Origin: Arthrobacter sp.
GTDB lineage: Bacteria; Actinomycetota; Actinomycetes; Actinomycetales; Micrococcaceae
Reading direction: 5' to 3'
Assembly (NCBI GenBank): GCA_034376805.1
Contig: JAXMJF010000063.1
Location: 58,600 to 122,599, forward strand
Length of the DNA stretch: 64,000 nucleotides
A program made the position numbers and the translations under genes. Shown here in pieces: positions 28,329-37,288 of this stretch (position 1 is the stretch's first letter; each line of letters begins with the position of its first letter). The notes beneath the pieces were generated by a model. The model had not been told where the DNA came from, did not search any database, and was given only the letters and a program-made list of their open reading frames with translations.

Positions 28329-30310
28329 AAAAAATGTCCCTCTTCAGTGACCAGCTGCGTGCGGTGTGGATGCTGGCCTTCGTGGCCATCGCTCTTGTCT
28401 TCGCCACACCCCTGTTCCTGCAGCCATCCAACATGCTCAACGTCCTGCTCACGGCCGCCGTCGTCGCCCTGATCGCCGCGGGGCAAACGTACGTGATCAT
28501 CCTCGCTGAGATCGACCTGTCCGTCGGCGCGGTCCTTGGCTTCAGCGCGATCACCACCGCAAGCGTGATCAGTCAATACGGTGTTGGCGCCGGGCTCGCC
28601 GCGGGCCTCGCGGTCGGCGCGCTGGCCGGCCTGATCAACGGTGTGCTGGTTACCAAAGCCAAAATGCCCTCCTTCATCGCGACGCTGGCAACGATGTCCA
28701 TCTTTGCCGGGCTGACGCTGCAGTTCTCCCAAGGCAACCCCGTGAAGGTCACCGACCAGGCGTTCCTCGCCCTGGGCCAGGGCAACCTGCTCGGCATCCC
28801 CACCCCCATTTGGATCATGCTGGTACTTGGCGTGTTGTTCGGCTACATCCTCGCCCGCACACGCTTTGGCCGCGAGCTCTACGCGACGGGCGACAACGCC
28901 GATGCCGCGCGACTCGCCGGCATCAGCACGGACCGGGTCAAGATCCTGGCTTTCATGATCTCCGGTGTCCTCGCCGCCACCGCCGGGTTCATTCTCACCG
29001 CACGCCTCGGGACGGCGCAGCCCACCGCGGGGACCGGCCTTGAACTCGCCGCCATCGCCGCCGTGATCATCGGCGGGACCAGTCTCGCCGGCGGCCGCGG
29101 AGCGCTGCTGGGAACGCTCGTCGGCGCGGTCCTGCTGGCGATGATCGACAACGGGCTCAACCTGCTCAACGTCTCACCGTTCCTGCAGAGCGTTGTCAAG
29201 GGCGCCGTGATTCTGCTGGCCGTTTTTGTGGACCGGAACTCCGGCGTTCTGATGCGCATCTTCCGGTCCGGGCGGGCCAGCACTCCCACCCCCGCGACGG
29301 CGGCCGCAGCCGGCACGCCCGCGCCCCTCCTTCCGAAGGTCGCCATGATCTCCGTTGTCGGTCTCCTCGTGGTCGGCGCCGGCGTCACCACGGCCGTCCG
29401 CTCCACGGACGACGGAAGCGCGGGATCACAGCAGAAATCGGCGACCTTGGTCATTTCGACGCTCAATAACCCGTTCTTCGTCTCAGTCGGCGAAGGCGCC
29501 AAGGACCAGGCGGCGAAGCTCGGGGTGACCCTGGATGTCCAGAACGCCAACAACAACGACACGTCCTCGCTGAACCAGGCCACCACAGCCCTGGTGAAGA
29601 AGCCCGGAGTGCTGCTGCTGGACCCGACCTCGAGCGAAGCGGGCGGATCGATCACCGTCAAGGCCAACCAGGCAAACGTCCCCGTAGTCGCATTCGACCG
29701 CGTACCTGATCAGGGCAAACTGGCCGCATTCATCGGCTACGACGCGGTCCAGGCCGGTAAGAACGGCGCCAAGGCCCTCTGCGAAGCGGTCGGGGGCGCC
29801 GGCAAGGTGGCCGAACTGCAGGGCCTCCTCGGCACCAGCGTTGCGCGGGACCGGTCCGAAGGATTCAAAGCCGGAATGAAGGAATGCCCGGGCGTGCAGG
29901 TTGTGGCTGTGCAGTCCGCGGACTTCGACCGTGGCAAGGCCCTGGATGTCACCACAAACATCCTTCAGGCCAATCCGGACATCACCGGCATCTATGGCGC
30001 CAACGACGAAATGGCGCTCGGAGCTGTGGCCGCCGTCAAGTCACGGGGCCTGCTCTCAACGGTCAAGATCGTCGGAAACGACGGAATCGGCGATGCCCTG
30101 GCCGCCGTGAAGGGCGGAGAGATGTACGCAACGAACGCCGAGTCCCCGTTCGCGTTGGGTCAGGAAGTCGCCAAAATCGGCCATGCCGTTGCCAGCGGCG
30201 AAAAAGTCGAAGAGTCCCGGGTACTGCAGGGCAAGCTCGTCACCGGCAGCGGCGTCGAGGAGTTCTGCTCCTACCTACGCGGCATCGGCGACACGGCCAC
30301 CTGCAAGTAG
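28325..30310 (+). CDS. Fused ABC permease (RbsC-like) :: extra TM helix :: periplasmic sugar-binding protein (RbsB-like)
   Basis: Single 661-aa frame. aa 1-303 is a permease ([17 protein letters not shown]-type loop). aa 304-337 is an Ala/Pro/Thr linker. aa 338-357 is a hydrophobic helix. aa ~371-661 is a type-I binding protein ([22 protein letters not shown]). Confidence 0.75.
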   Translation: MKKMSLFSDQLRAVWMLAFVAIALVFATPLFLQPSNMLNVLLTAAVVALIAAGQTYVIILAEIDLSVGAVLGFSAITTASVISQYGVGAGLAAGLAVGALAGLINGVLVTKAKMPSFIATLATMSIFAGLTLQFSQGNPVKVTDQAFLALGQGNLLGIPTPIWIMLVLGVLFGYILARTRFGRELYATGDNADAARLAGISTDRVKILAFMISGVLAATAGFILTARLGTAQPTAGTGLELAAIAAVIIGGTSLAGGRGALLGTLVGAVLLAMIDNGLNLLNVSPFLQSVVKGAVILLAVFVDRNSGVLMRIFRSGRASTPTPATAAAAGTPAPLLPKVAMISVVGLLVVGAGVTTAVRSTDDGSAGSQQKSATLVISTLNNPFFVSVGEGAKDQAAKLGVTLDVQNANNNDTSSLNQATTALVKKPGVLLLDPTSSEAGGSITVKANQANVPVVAFDRVPDQGKLAAFIGYDAVQAGKNGAKALCEAVGGAGKVAELQGLLGTSVARDRSEGFKAGMKECPGVQVVAVQSADFDRGKALDVTTNILQANPDITGIYGANDEMALGAVAAVKSRGLLSTVKIVGNDGIGDALAAVKGGEMYATNAESPFALGQEVAKIGHAVASGEKVEESRVLQGKLVTGSGVEEFCSYLRGIGDTATCK

Positions 30311-30333
30311 CTTCCTCACAACCAAGGAGAATC

Positions 30334-31008
30334 ATGACTGAACTGAATGCGGCCGGCCTGGCCGCGATCGTGGACCACACCTTCCTGCACTCCACCGGAA
30401 CCAGGGCCGAAGCGGAGCAGGCGGCCGCCGAAGCCGCACGGCTGGGGGCCTATTCGGTCTGCGTCTCTCCGTCGATGCTGCCGCTGGCCGGCATCGGCAC
30501 GGGAACCCGCATCGCGGCGGTCTGCGGCTTCCCCTCGGGCAAACACCACAGCAGCGTCAAGGCTGCCGAAGCCCGCGAAGCAGTGCGCAACGGCGCCGAC
30601 GAGATCGACATGGTCCTCGACGTCGGTGCGGTCCTGGCCGGTGACTATGACGCCGTCGAGCGGGACATCAGCGCGGTCCGCGAGGCGGTGCCGGCGCCGA
30701 CGGTGCTCAAGGTCATCCTGGAGACCGCGGCGCTGACGGATGAGCAGATCGTGCGCTGCTGTGCCGCCGCCGAAAGCAGCGGGGCTGACTTCGTCAAGAC
30801 CTCCACGGGTTTCCACCCGGACGGCGGGGCTACCGTCCACGCGGTTGAACTGATGGCACGGACGGTGGCCCCGCGCCTCGGGGTCAAAGCGTCTGGCGGC
30901 ATCCGGGACTGGGCCGCAGCGCAGGCGATGATCGCGGCAGGCGCCACCCGGCTGGGACTGTCCGGCACGGCAGACGTTCTCAGCGGCGGGCGCAGCGCCG
31001 GATACTAA
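30334..31008 (+). CDS. deoC: Deoxyribose-phosphate aldolase
   Basis: ATG after AAGGAGA; [20 protein letters not shown] (Schiff-base Lys) motifs. Confidence 0.85.
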   Translation: MTELNAAGLAAIVDHTFLHSTGTRAEAEQAAAEAARLGAYSVCVSPSMLPLAGIGTGTRIAAVCGFPSGKHHSSVKAAEAREAVRNGADEIDMVLDVGAVLAGDYDAVERDISAVREAVPAPTVLKVILETAALTDEQIVRCCAAAESSGADFVKTSTGFHPDGGATVHAVELMARTVAPRLGVKASGGIRDWAAAQAMIAAGATRLGLSGTADVLSGGRSAGY

Positions 31009-31014
31009 ACCCGG

Positions 31015-31040
31015 CCCCCTGCGGGCGACCCCGCAGGGGG
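31015..31040. terminator. GC hairpin CCCCCTGCGGG-cgac-CCCGCAGGGGG
   Basis: Perfect 11-bp stem between convergent stops 31008 and 31052. Confidence 0.6.
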
Positions 31041-31051
31041 AGGCGGGGCCC

Positions 31052-31543
31052 CTAGCCGGCCTGCAGCGGACGCCGCGCCAGCCAGGCCGCGACGACGGCC
31101 CCGGAAATGTTGTGCCAGAGCGAGAACACGGCCGAGGGCAGTGCCGTAAGCGGGCTGAAATGCGCCGTTGCCAGGGTGGCGGCCAGGCCGGAGTTCTGCA
31201 TGCCGACCTCGAACGCCAGCGCGCGCCGGGCCTTGTCGTCCAGGCGCCCCAGCTTGCCGGCCAGATACCCCAGGCCCAGACCGAAGCCGTTGTGCAGAAC
31301 CACCGCCAGGAAGACGATTCCGCCGGCGCCGACGATCTTGCCGGCGCTTCCGGCCAGCACAATCGCGACGATCAGTGAAATCACAACGGCGGAGGCCCAG
31401 GGCAGCGCCGGCAGCACCCTGGCCACGATCTTCTTGAGGAACAGCCGGGTTACGAGGCCGGCAATCACCGGCAGCAGGACGGTGGTCACGAAGGCGACGG
31501 CGACAGAGAGGGCGACGTCGCCCTTGGCCAGGAACGCCATCAC
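31052..31543 (-). pseudogene. Bile-acid:Na+ symporter (BASS) family gene, 5'-truncated remnant
   Basis: Only the C-terminal ~163 aa. It starts inside the conserved KGDVALSV helix and keeps EVGMQNSG. No room for the missing N-terminal third, because the MerR stop is 9 nt upstream. Confidence 0.55.
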
Positions 31544-31552
31544 GTTGGACGC

Positions 31553-31933
31553 TCAGGCGGTGAGACGGCCAAGCATGGCGATGAAGTCGTCCGCCTGTGC
31601 GAGGTTGCGGACCATCTTGGCGCGCTGGTGTGCCGCCTGTTCCGTGATTTCGGCGAGCCGTGCGGCGGACCCCGGCGCGTCTGGTCCGTCCGTGAGCAGG
31701 CCCAGGATCTCGGCCATTTCTTCCAGTGAGAACCCCAGCGGCTTCATCTGTTTGATGACCATCAGCCGTTCAAAATCATCCTCCGAGTACACCCGGAAGC
31801 CGCCGTCCGTGCGCGCGGTGGCGGGCAGGAGCCCTACGTCGTCATAGTGGCGGATGGTCCGCAGGGACAGGCCGGTCCGCTCTGCCAGTTCGCCGATGTG
31901 CATAGTGCTGGTGCTGCTGGTTTTAGCCGTCAT
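31553..31933 (-). CDS. MerR-family transcriptional regulator
   Basis: ATG 31933 preceded by GGAGGA; HTH MHIGELAERTGLSLRTIRHYDDVGLL; coiled-coil C-terminus. Confidence 0.8.
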   Translation of the reverse strand: MTAKTSSTSTMHIGELAERTGLSLRTIRHYDDVGLLPATARTDGGFRVYSEDDFERLMVIKQMKPLGFSLEEMAEILGLLTDGPDAPGSAARLAEITEQAAHQRAKMVRNLAQADDFIAMLGRLTA

Positions 31934-31955
31934 CAGATCCTCCATCCTGTTCTGA

Positions 31956-31986
31956 TTCAAACCCTACCATCACGTTAGGGTAAGGT
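31956..31986 (+). promoter_or_regulatory. MerR-type promoter: TTCAAA - 19 bp - TAAGGT with dyad in spacer
   Basis: Spacer CCCTACCATCACGTTAGGG counted as 19 nt; 30-bp window is 24/30 self-complementary; faces the SulP gene, divergent from merR. Confidence 0.45.
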
Positions 31987-32113
31987 TTGGGGTACTGGGG
32001 TTGAGGCCTTGCTGACCATTCCCCCTCTCTTCCCGGCGCGGCGCTGCGCCCCTCATTCATTAGCAAAACGAAGCCGCCGTCGGGCGTCTTCTTGACCATG
32101 AACGGAGCCAGCA

Positions 32114-33637
32114 ATGGCCGTTAAAACCGCCGGGGTATCCCCGGCCTTCACACCCGAGCAGCTTCAGTCCGTACGCGGCACCCTGCGGTCCCCGCGCCGG
32201 CTCAAGACCGAGGTCCTTGCCGGACTCGTTGTCGCACTGGCCCTGATCCCGGAAGCCATCGCGTTCTCGATCATCGCCGGCGTCGACCCGAGGCTCGGCC
32301 TGTTCGCGTCCTTCACCATGGCCGTGACGATCGCCTTCGTAGGCGGCCGCCCGGCCATGATTTCGGCGGCCACCGGTGCGATCGCTCTGGTCATCGCCCC
32401 GCTGGTGAAGTCCCACGGTGTGGACTACTTCATCGCCGCCGTCATCCTCGCCGGCATCTTCCAGATCATCCTGGGACTCTCCGGGGTGGCCAAGCTCATG
32501 CGGTTCATCCCGCGCTCGGTCATGGTGGGCTTCGTCAACGCACTGGCCATCCTGATCTTTATGTCCCAGGTTCCTGAGCTCCTCGGCGTTCCCTGGCTGG
32601 TCTATCCGCTGGTGGCGCTGGCCCTGGTCATCGTCTTCGGCCTGCCGAAGCTCACCAGGGCCGTCCCGGCCCCACTCGTCGCGATCGTGGTCCTGACCCT
32701 GATCACCGTGTTCGCCGCCGTCGCGGTTCCCACTGTGGGCGACAAGGGCGAACTCCCCGATTCCCTGCCGGCACTGTTCATCCCGAACGTCCCGTTCACG
32801 CTTGAGACCCTGCAGATCATTTTCCCGTTCGCCCTCGCCATGGCCTTCGTCGGGCTGCTCGAATCGCTCATGACTGCCAAGCTTGTCGACGACGTCACGG
32901 ACACACGCTCCCACAAGACCCGCGAGGCCTGGGGACAGGGCGTCGCGAACATCGTCACCGGGTTCTTCGGCGGCATGGGCGGCTGCGCAATGATCGGCCA
33001 GACCATGATCAACGTCAAAGCGTCCGGCGCCCGCACCCGGATCTCCACCTTCCTCGCCGGCGTCTTCCTGCTCATCCTCGTGGTGGTCCTGGGTGACATC
33101 GTCTCGCTGATCCCCATGGCCGCGCTGGTCGCTGTCATGATCTTCGTGTCAGTCGCGACCTTCGACTGGCACAGTATCCACCCCCGGACGCTGAAGATGA
33201 TGCCCAAGAGCGAAACCACCGTCATGGTCGCGACCGTCATCGTCACCGTCGCCACCCACAACCTCGCGATCGGCGTCGGCGTCGGCGTACTCGTCGCCAT
33301 GGTGATGTTCGCCCGGCGCGTGGCCCACTTCGTCACGGTGGAACGCTCCGTCAAAACCATGGGGGGCCACGAAACCGCCACCTACGTGGTGGACGGCGAA
33401 CTCTTCTTCGCTTCCTCCAACGACCTCTACACCCAGTTTGAATACGCTCTGGACCCGGACCACGTCATCATCGACATGCATGCCTCCCACCTCTGGGATG
33501 CCTCGACGATCGCCGCTTTGGACGCCATCACCGCGAAGTACCGCCACCACGGCAAGGACGTGAAGATCATCGGGCTCAACGACGCCAGCCTCCTGATGCG
33601 CCAGCGCCTCGGCGGTAAGCTCGGCGCCGGCCACTAG
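32114..33637 (+). CDS. SulP-family anion transporter with C-terminal STAS domain
   Basis: LAGLVVALALIPEAIAFSIIAGV signature; ~10+ TM; STAS-like tail (YVVDGELFFASSN). Confidence 0.85.
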   Translation: MAVKTAGVSPAFTPEQLQSVRGTLRSPRRLKTEVLAGLVVALALIPEAIAFSIIAGVDPRLGLFASFTMAVTIAFVGGRPAMISAATGAIALVIAPLVKSHGVDYFIAAVILAGIFQIILGLSGVAKLMRFIPRSVMVGFVNALAILIFMSQVPELLGVPWLVYPLVALALVIVFGLPKLTRAVPAPLVAIVVLTLITVFAAVAVPTVGDKGELPDSLPALFIPNVPFTLETLQIIFPFALAMAFVGLLESLMTAKLVDDVTDTRSHKTREAWGQGVANIVTGFFGGMGGCAMIGQTMINVKASGARTRISTFLAGVFLLILVVVLGDIVSLIPMAALVAVMIFVSVATFDWHSIHPRTLKMMPKSETTVMVATVIVTVATHNLAIGVGVGVLVAMVMFARRVAHFVTVERSVKTMGGHETATYVVDGELFFASSNDLYTQFEYALDPDHVIIDMHASHLWDASTIAALDAITAKYRHHGKDVKIIGLNDASLLMRQRLGGKLGAGH

Positions 33638-33786
33638 CCGCGCTCCCGCCCGGTTACTTCCGCCGGCGCCCGGGAAGCCACGGCATGCCGCCCGGATTCG
33701 CAGGGATTTTCAGGCTGCGGCCGTGGAGTAACCGGGCAGGAACGACGGCGGTGCGTGCTGCCGGCGGAAGGTCTACGCTCGGAAAC

Positions 33787-34227
33787 ATGACGCAGACCTG
33801 GGATCCGGGCCAGGGCGGAGTCCTGGAACTGCCTTCCGGCCGCCTGATCCGCGGCCGGGGGTTGCTCATGCCGTTTCCCGCCGGGCCCCGGCCGGAGTTC
33901 GGGCTCTACCTGCTGGGAAGGCGCCCGACCCCGGTGCCGTGGGATTCCCGCTGGGTCCGGTGGCGGGATTTACGCCTGCCGGCCGACGACGCCGACACCC
34001 TCGACGCGCTCACGGAGGCCTGGCGCCGAGCCGAGGCGGAGCGGGTTGAAGTGGCCTGCTGGGGCGGCCGGGGCCGGACCGGCACCGCTCTTGCCTGCCT
34101 TGCGGTCCTCGACGGCATCCCGCCGGCGGAGGCCGTGGCCTTCGTGCGGGCGCGTTACCGCCGGGGCGCCGTTGAGACTCCGTGGCAGCGGAAGTACGTT
34201 GCACGGTTCCAGGGCCCCCGGCCATAA
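33787..34227 (+). CDS. Cys-based protein phosphatase-like protein (CX5R P-loop)
   Basis: ACWGGRGRTG matches C-X5-R-(S/T); start set at ATG 33787. Confidence 0.55.
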   Translation: MTQTWDPGQGGVLELPSGRLIRGRGLLMPFPAGPRPEFGLYLLGRRPTPVPWDSRWVRWRDLRLPADDADTLDALTEAWRRAEAERVEVACWGGRGRTGTALACLAVLDGIPPAEAVAFVRARYRRGAVETPWQRKYVARFQGPRP

Positions 34228-34370
34228 GGCGCCGGCTGCAGCGTGACCTTTTCCAACGACCACTCCAACTGCGATTTTTTCCTCCGGCTTGCCGGAAAAC
34301 CTGCCGGGCGATTCCGCGGGCTTGGGTAGTCTCAAAGCCGAGACAGTGTTTCCCGACCCAGGAGAATTCC

Positions 34371-35111
34371 ATGCCTGCCGAAAGTCCGACCATCCTTGCG
34401 ACCTCCGGGGGCTACCGGCCGGGGGCGCGGACGCGGCTGGAATTCAACAAGCTGGTCCATCATGCGGTGGACCTGTCCGGTGCCACCGGGCGGGCGCCCA
34501 GAGTCGCCCACATTGGCACCGCCAGCGGCGACCAGCGGTGGTTCAACAACGAGGTCAGCGAAGCGGGGAACGTCGCCGGATTCCAGCTCACGCACCTGAA
34601 CCTGTTCACCATGCCCAACGTGGCCAACGTCGAGGAATACCTGCTCGGCCAGGATGTTGTCTGGGTCAACGGCGGTTCCGTGGTCAACCTCCTCGCCGTC
34701 TGGCGGGCCCATGAATTGGACGCCATCTTCCGGCGCGTCTGGGAAGCCGGCGTGGTGCTGGCCGGGGTCTCGGCCGGGTCGATCTGCTGGTTCAAGGGCG
34801 GGACCACCGACTCATTCGGTCCCGAGCTGCGCGCTGTGGGCAACGGCCTGGGGCTGCTTCCCTACGACAACGGGGTCCACTACGACTCCGAGGCCGCACG
34901 GCGTCCCCTCGTGCACCGCCTCGTGGCGGACGGAACCCTGGGTGAAACCCACTGCACCGACGACGGCGTCGGCCTGCTCTACCGCGGGACCGAACTGGTC
35001 GAGGCGGTCACGGAAACGCCCGGCAAAGCCGCCTACCGCGTGCGGCTGGTCGACCCCAGGGCCTCAAACGCTGAAGTGCTCGAGGAACGCCTGGAGCCAG
35101 CCGGACTTTAG
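34371..35111 (+). CDS. Peptidase S51 (peptidase E / cyanophycinase-like)
   Basis: ATG after AGGAGA; GVSAGSICWF nucleophile-Ser motif, GGSVVNLL. Confidence 0.7.
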   Translation: MPAESPTILATSGGYRPGARTRLEFNKLVHHAVDLSGATGRAPRVAHIGTASGDQRWFNNEVSEAGNVAGFQLTHLNLFTMPNVANVEEYLLGQDVVWVNGGSVVNLLAVWRAHELDAIFRRVWEAGVVLAGVSAGSICWFKGGTTDSFGPELRAVGNGLGLLPYDNGVHYDSEAARRPLVHRLVADGTLGETHCTDDGVGLLYRGTELVEAVTETPGKAAYRVRLVDPRASNAEVLEERLEPAGL

Positions 35112-35121
35112 GCCGCCTTCC

Positions 35122-36228
35122 CTACCCCTGCGTCAGCCGGTAGCGCTCGATCTGCTTGAGCCGCCGCAGGAGGCTGTCACGCCGCGGGTGCGGGACGACG
35201 TCGGCCGGTTCGGCGGTGAGGTCGATGTGCGTGGTGCCGTACTGCCAGAGCAGCAGGTCATCGAGGAGCCGGTCCGGCCCGGGGGAGTAGCGGTGGTCCA
35301 GGGCCCTGCGGACCTCGGTGATCCGGTTGGCGCTGAGCAGCCCCGCCAGCTGCATGGTCTGGTTCAGGCCGTGGGCGGCCATCAGCTCGGCGGCCCAGCC
35401 CCAGTCGTCGTCGACCTTCCGGTCCACGTGCGGCAGCAGCGTGCGCCAGACATCGCGGATCCGGTTCGGGGTGAGCTGCGCAGCGCCTTCGCCGTCCATG
35501 TCCCAGTAGCTGCGGACCTCTTCGTAGCGTTCGTGCAGGTCAGCGAACGCCCCCTCCACGGTTTCCAGCATGGCGGCGGTGGCGGTGAACTGGCGGTCGA
35601 AGTGCGGGGTCCAGGCCCGCGGATCCTCGGCCTTGAAGCGGATGTCGTGCTCGATCTCGCTCCAGGCATGCGCGAAAACGGTGCGGATCTGGCATTCGAA
35701 GAAGTAGCTGCCGTTCGGCGGGACCTCGGGGTTGAAGGCCTGCTGGTACTCCTTGACGGCATCGTTCTGGATGGTCCGCAGGATCAGGTGGCGGCTGGAA
35801 TAGCCGTAAGTCCCCGACTCGATGGAGCCGATATCCTTCTCGCGGTCGCCGCGGCAGTCAAAGAGCTGGCGCTGGCGCTTGATGATGTTGGCCACCACGG
35901 CGTTTTCCGCCGGCAGCTTCGTAATCACCCGGATGCCCACCATGTCATTCAGGGTCCGGAACGGATCCGGGAACTTCAGCACCGGCGGACCGCCCGGCTC
36001 CAGCGGCTCCTCAATGCGCGAGATCTTCTCGCGGAAGGACTCGACCGTCTTGGTGCGGCCGGTAACGAACAGCGGCGTCACCTCGGTGCCTTTAAGCATG
36101 CTCCGCAGCGTCAGCAGGACCTCGCGGGTGACCAGCTTCAGGGCAGGGCGCACCCGCTCGTAGAGCTCCACGTTTTCCTGCACGGACTCGCGCAGTTTCG
36201 GGTCCAGTCGATCCCAGTTGCTCGCCAT
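35122..36228 (-). CDS. RelA/SpoT-domain nucleotide pyrophosphokinase (small alarmone synthetase-like) with ~170-aa helical C-terminal domain
   Basis: Synthetase motifs GRTKTVESFREKI, DMVGIRVI, GYSSRHL, ECQIRTVFAHAWSEIEHDIRFK; no hydrolase (HD) domain; monocistronic. Confidence 0.8.
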   Translation of the reverse strand: MASNWDRLDPKLRESVQENVELYERVRPALKLVTREVLLTLRSMLKGTEVTPLFVTGRTKTVESFREKISRIEEPLEPGGPPVLKFPDPFRTLNDMVGIRVITKLPAENAVVANIIKRQRQLFDCRGDREKDIGSIESGTYGYSSRHLILRTIQNDAVKEYQQAFNPEVPPNGSYFFECQIRTVFAHAWSEIEHDIRFKAEDPRAWTPHFDRQFTATAAMLETVEGAFADLHERYEEVRSYWDMDGEGAAQLTPNRIRDVWRTLLPHVDRKVDDDWGWAAELMAAHGLNQTMQLAGLLSANRITEVRRALDHRYSPGPDRLLDDLLLWQYGTTHIDLTAEPADVVPHPRRDSLLRRLKQIERYRLTQG

Positions 36229-36350
36229 GCATCCAGCTTACGGCCGGGGTACGACGGCGGAGGGGCTGACACCCCCGCGCGGATCGGGCCGGCAACCCGG
36301 CCGGTGCCGCCTTACGCCGAGCCGCGCAGCGCTCAAGGTAGGCTCGGCAC

Positions 36351-37244
36351 ATGGCTGATGTGCGGCGTCGGGCTTTGATCGCGGCCGCAGCGACGGTGAC
36401 TCTGGGGGCAGTCTCCGCCGCCTGTTCACCGGGCCCCAAGGAGGACACTGTGAAGCGGCATAGATACAGCTACGGCGACGATCCCAGCCAGTGGGGGGAG
36501 CTTTTCCTGCCGGAGGCTGCCGTCACCAAGGGCGTGGTGGTGGTTATCCACGGTGGCTACTGGCGCTCGCAGTACGGTGCGGAACTCGGCGAACCGCTGG
36601 CCAAAGATCTCGCGGCGCACGGCATGGCCGCCTGGAACCTGGAGTACCGCCGTGCCGGCAACGGCGGCGGCTGGCCCCACACCTTCTCCGACGTGCTCGC
36701 CGGAATCGACAAGCTCGGCGACATTGCCGGTGAACACGGCCTCGGACTGGACAGGGTCGTGGCGCTGGGACATTCCGCAGGCGGGCACCTTGCGGTCTGG
36801 GCTGCGGGACGGAGCCGCCTCGCCCAGCTGGGCGCCCCGGACGCCGACCGCCAGCTGCTGCGCAGGGACGACGACGGCGCGGTGCACCTGACCGGCGTCG
36901 TCAGCCAGTCCGGGGTGCTCAACCTCGCGGAGGCCGAACGCCTGAACCTCAGCAACGGCGCGGTCAGCAACCTGCTGGGCGGCTCCTCCGAGAAATACCC
37001 GAAACGGCATAAGTATGCGGACCCGATGAGCGCGGTGCCGTTGAAGGTCCCCGTCTATGCCGTCCACGGCACGGACGACGAGGACGTCCCGGCCAGCCTG
37101 TCCGACTCCTACGCGGCGGCGGCCAAGTCCGCCGGCGCCCCGGTCCAGCTCCTGAAGGTCCCGGGCGACCATTTCGCCCTGATCGACCCGAAGGCGGCCG
37201 CATACCGGAAGTGCCGCGAACTCGTGCAGCTCCTGCTCGGCTGA
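36351..37244 (+). CDS. Secreted alpha/beta hydrolase (esterase/lipase), lipoprotein-type signal
   Basis: Signal with AACS lipobox; HGGYW oxyanion motif; nucleophile elbow GHSAGG. Confidence 0.8.
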   Translation: MADVRRRALIAAAATVTLGAVSAACSPGPKEDTVKRHRYSYGDDPSQWGELFLPEAAVTKGVVVVIHGGYWRSQYGAELGEPLAKDLAAHGMAAWNLEYRRAGNGGGWPHTFSDVLAGIDKLGDIAGEHGLGLDRVVALGHSAGGHLAVWAAGRSRLAQLGAPDADRQLLRRDDDGAVHLTGVVSQSGVLNLAEAERLNLSNGAVSNLLGGSSEKYPKRHKYADPMSAVPLKVPVYAVHGTDDEDVPASLSDSYAAAAKSAGAPVQLLKVPGDHFALIDPKAAAYRKCRELVQLLLG

Positions 37245-37288
37245 CCTCTGTCAGCCACGGCCGCACGGCCGGTGGTAGCGTGGCGCCT

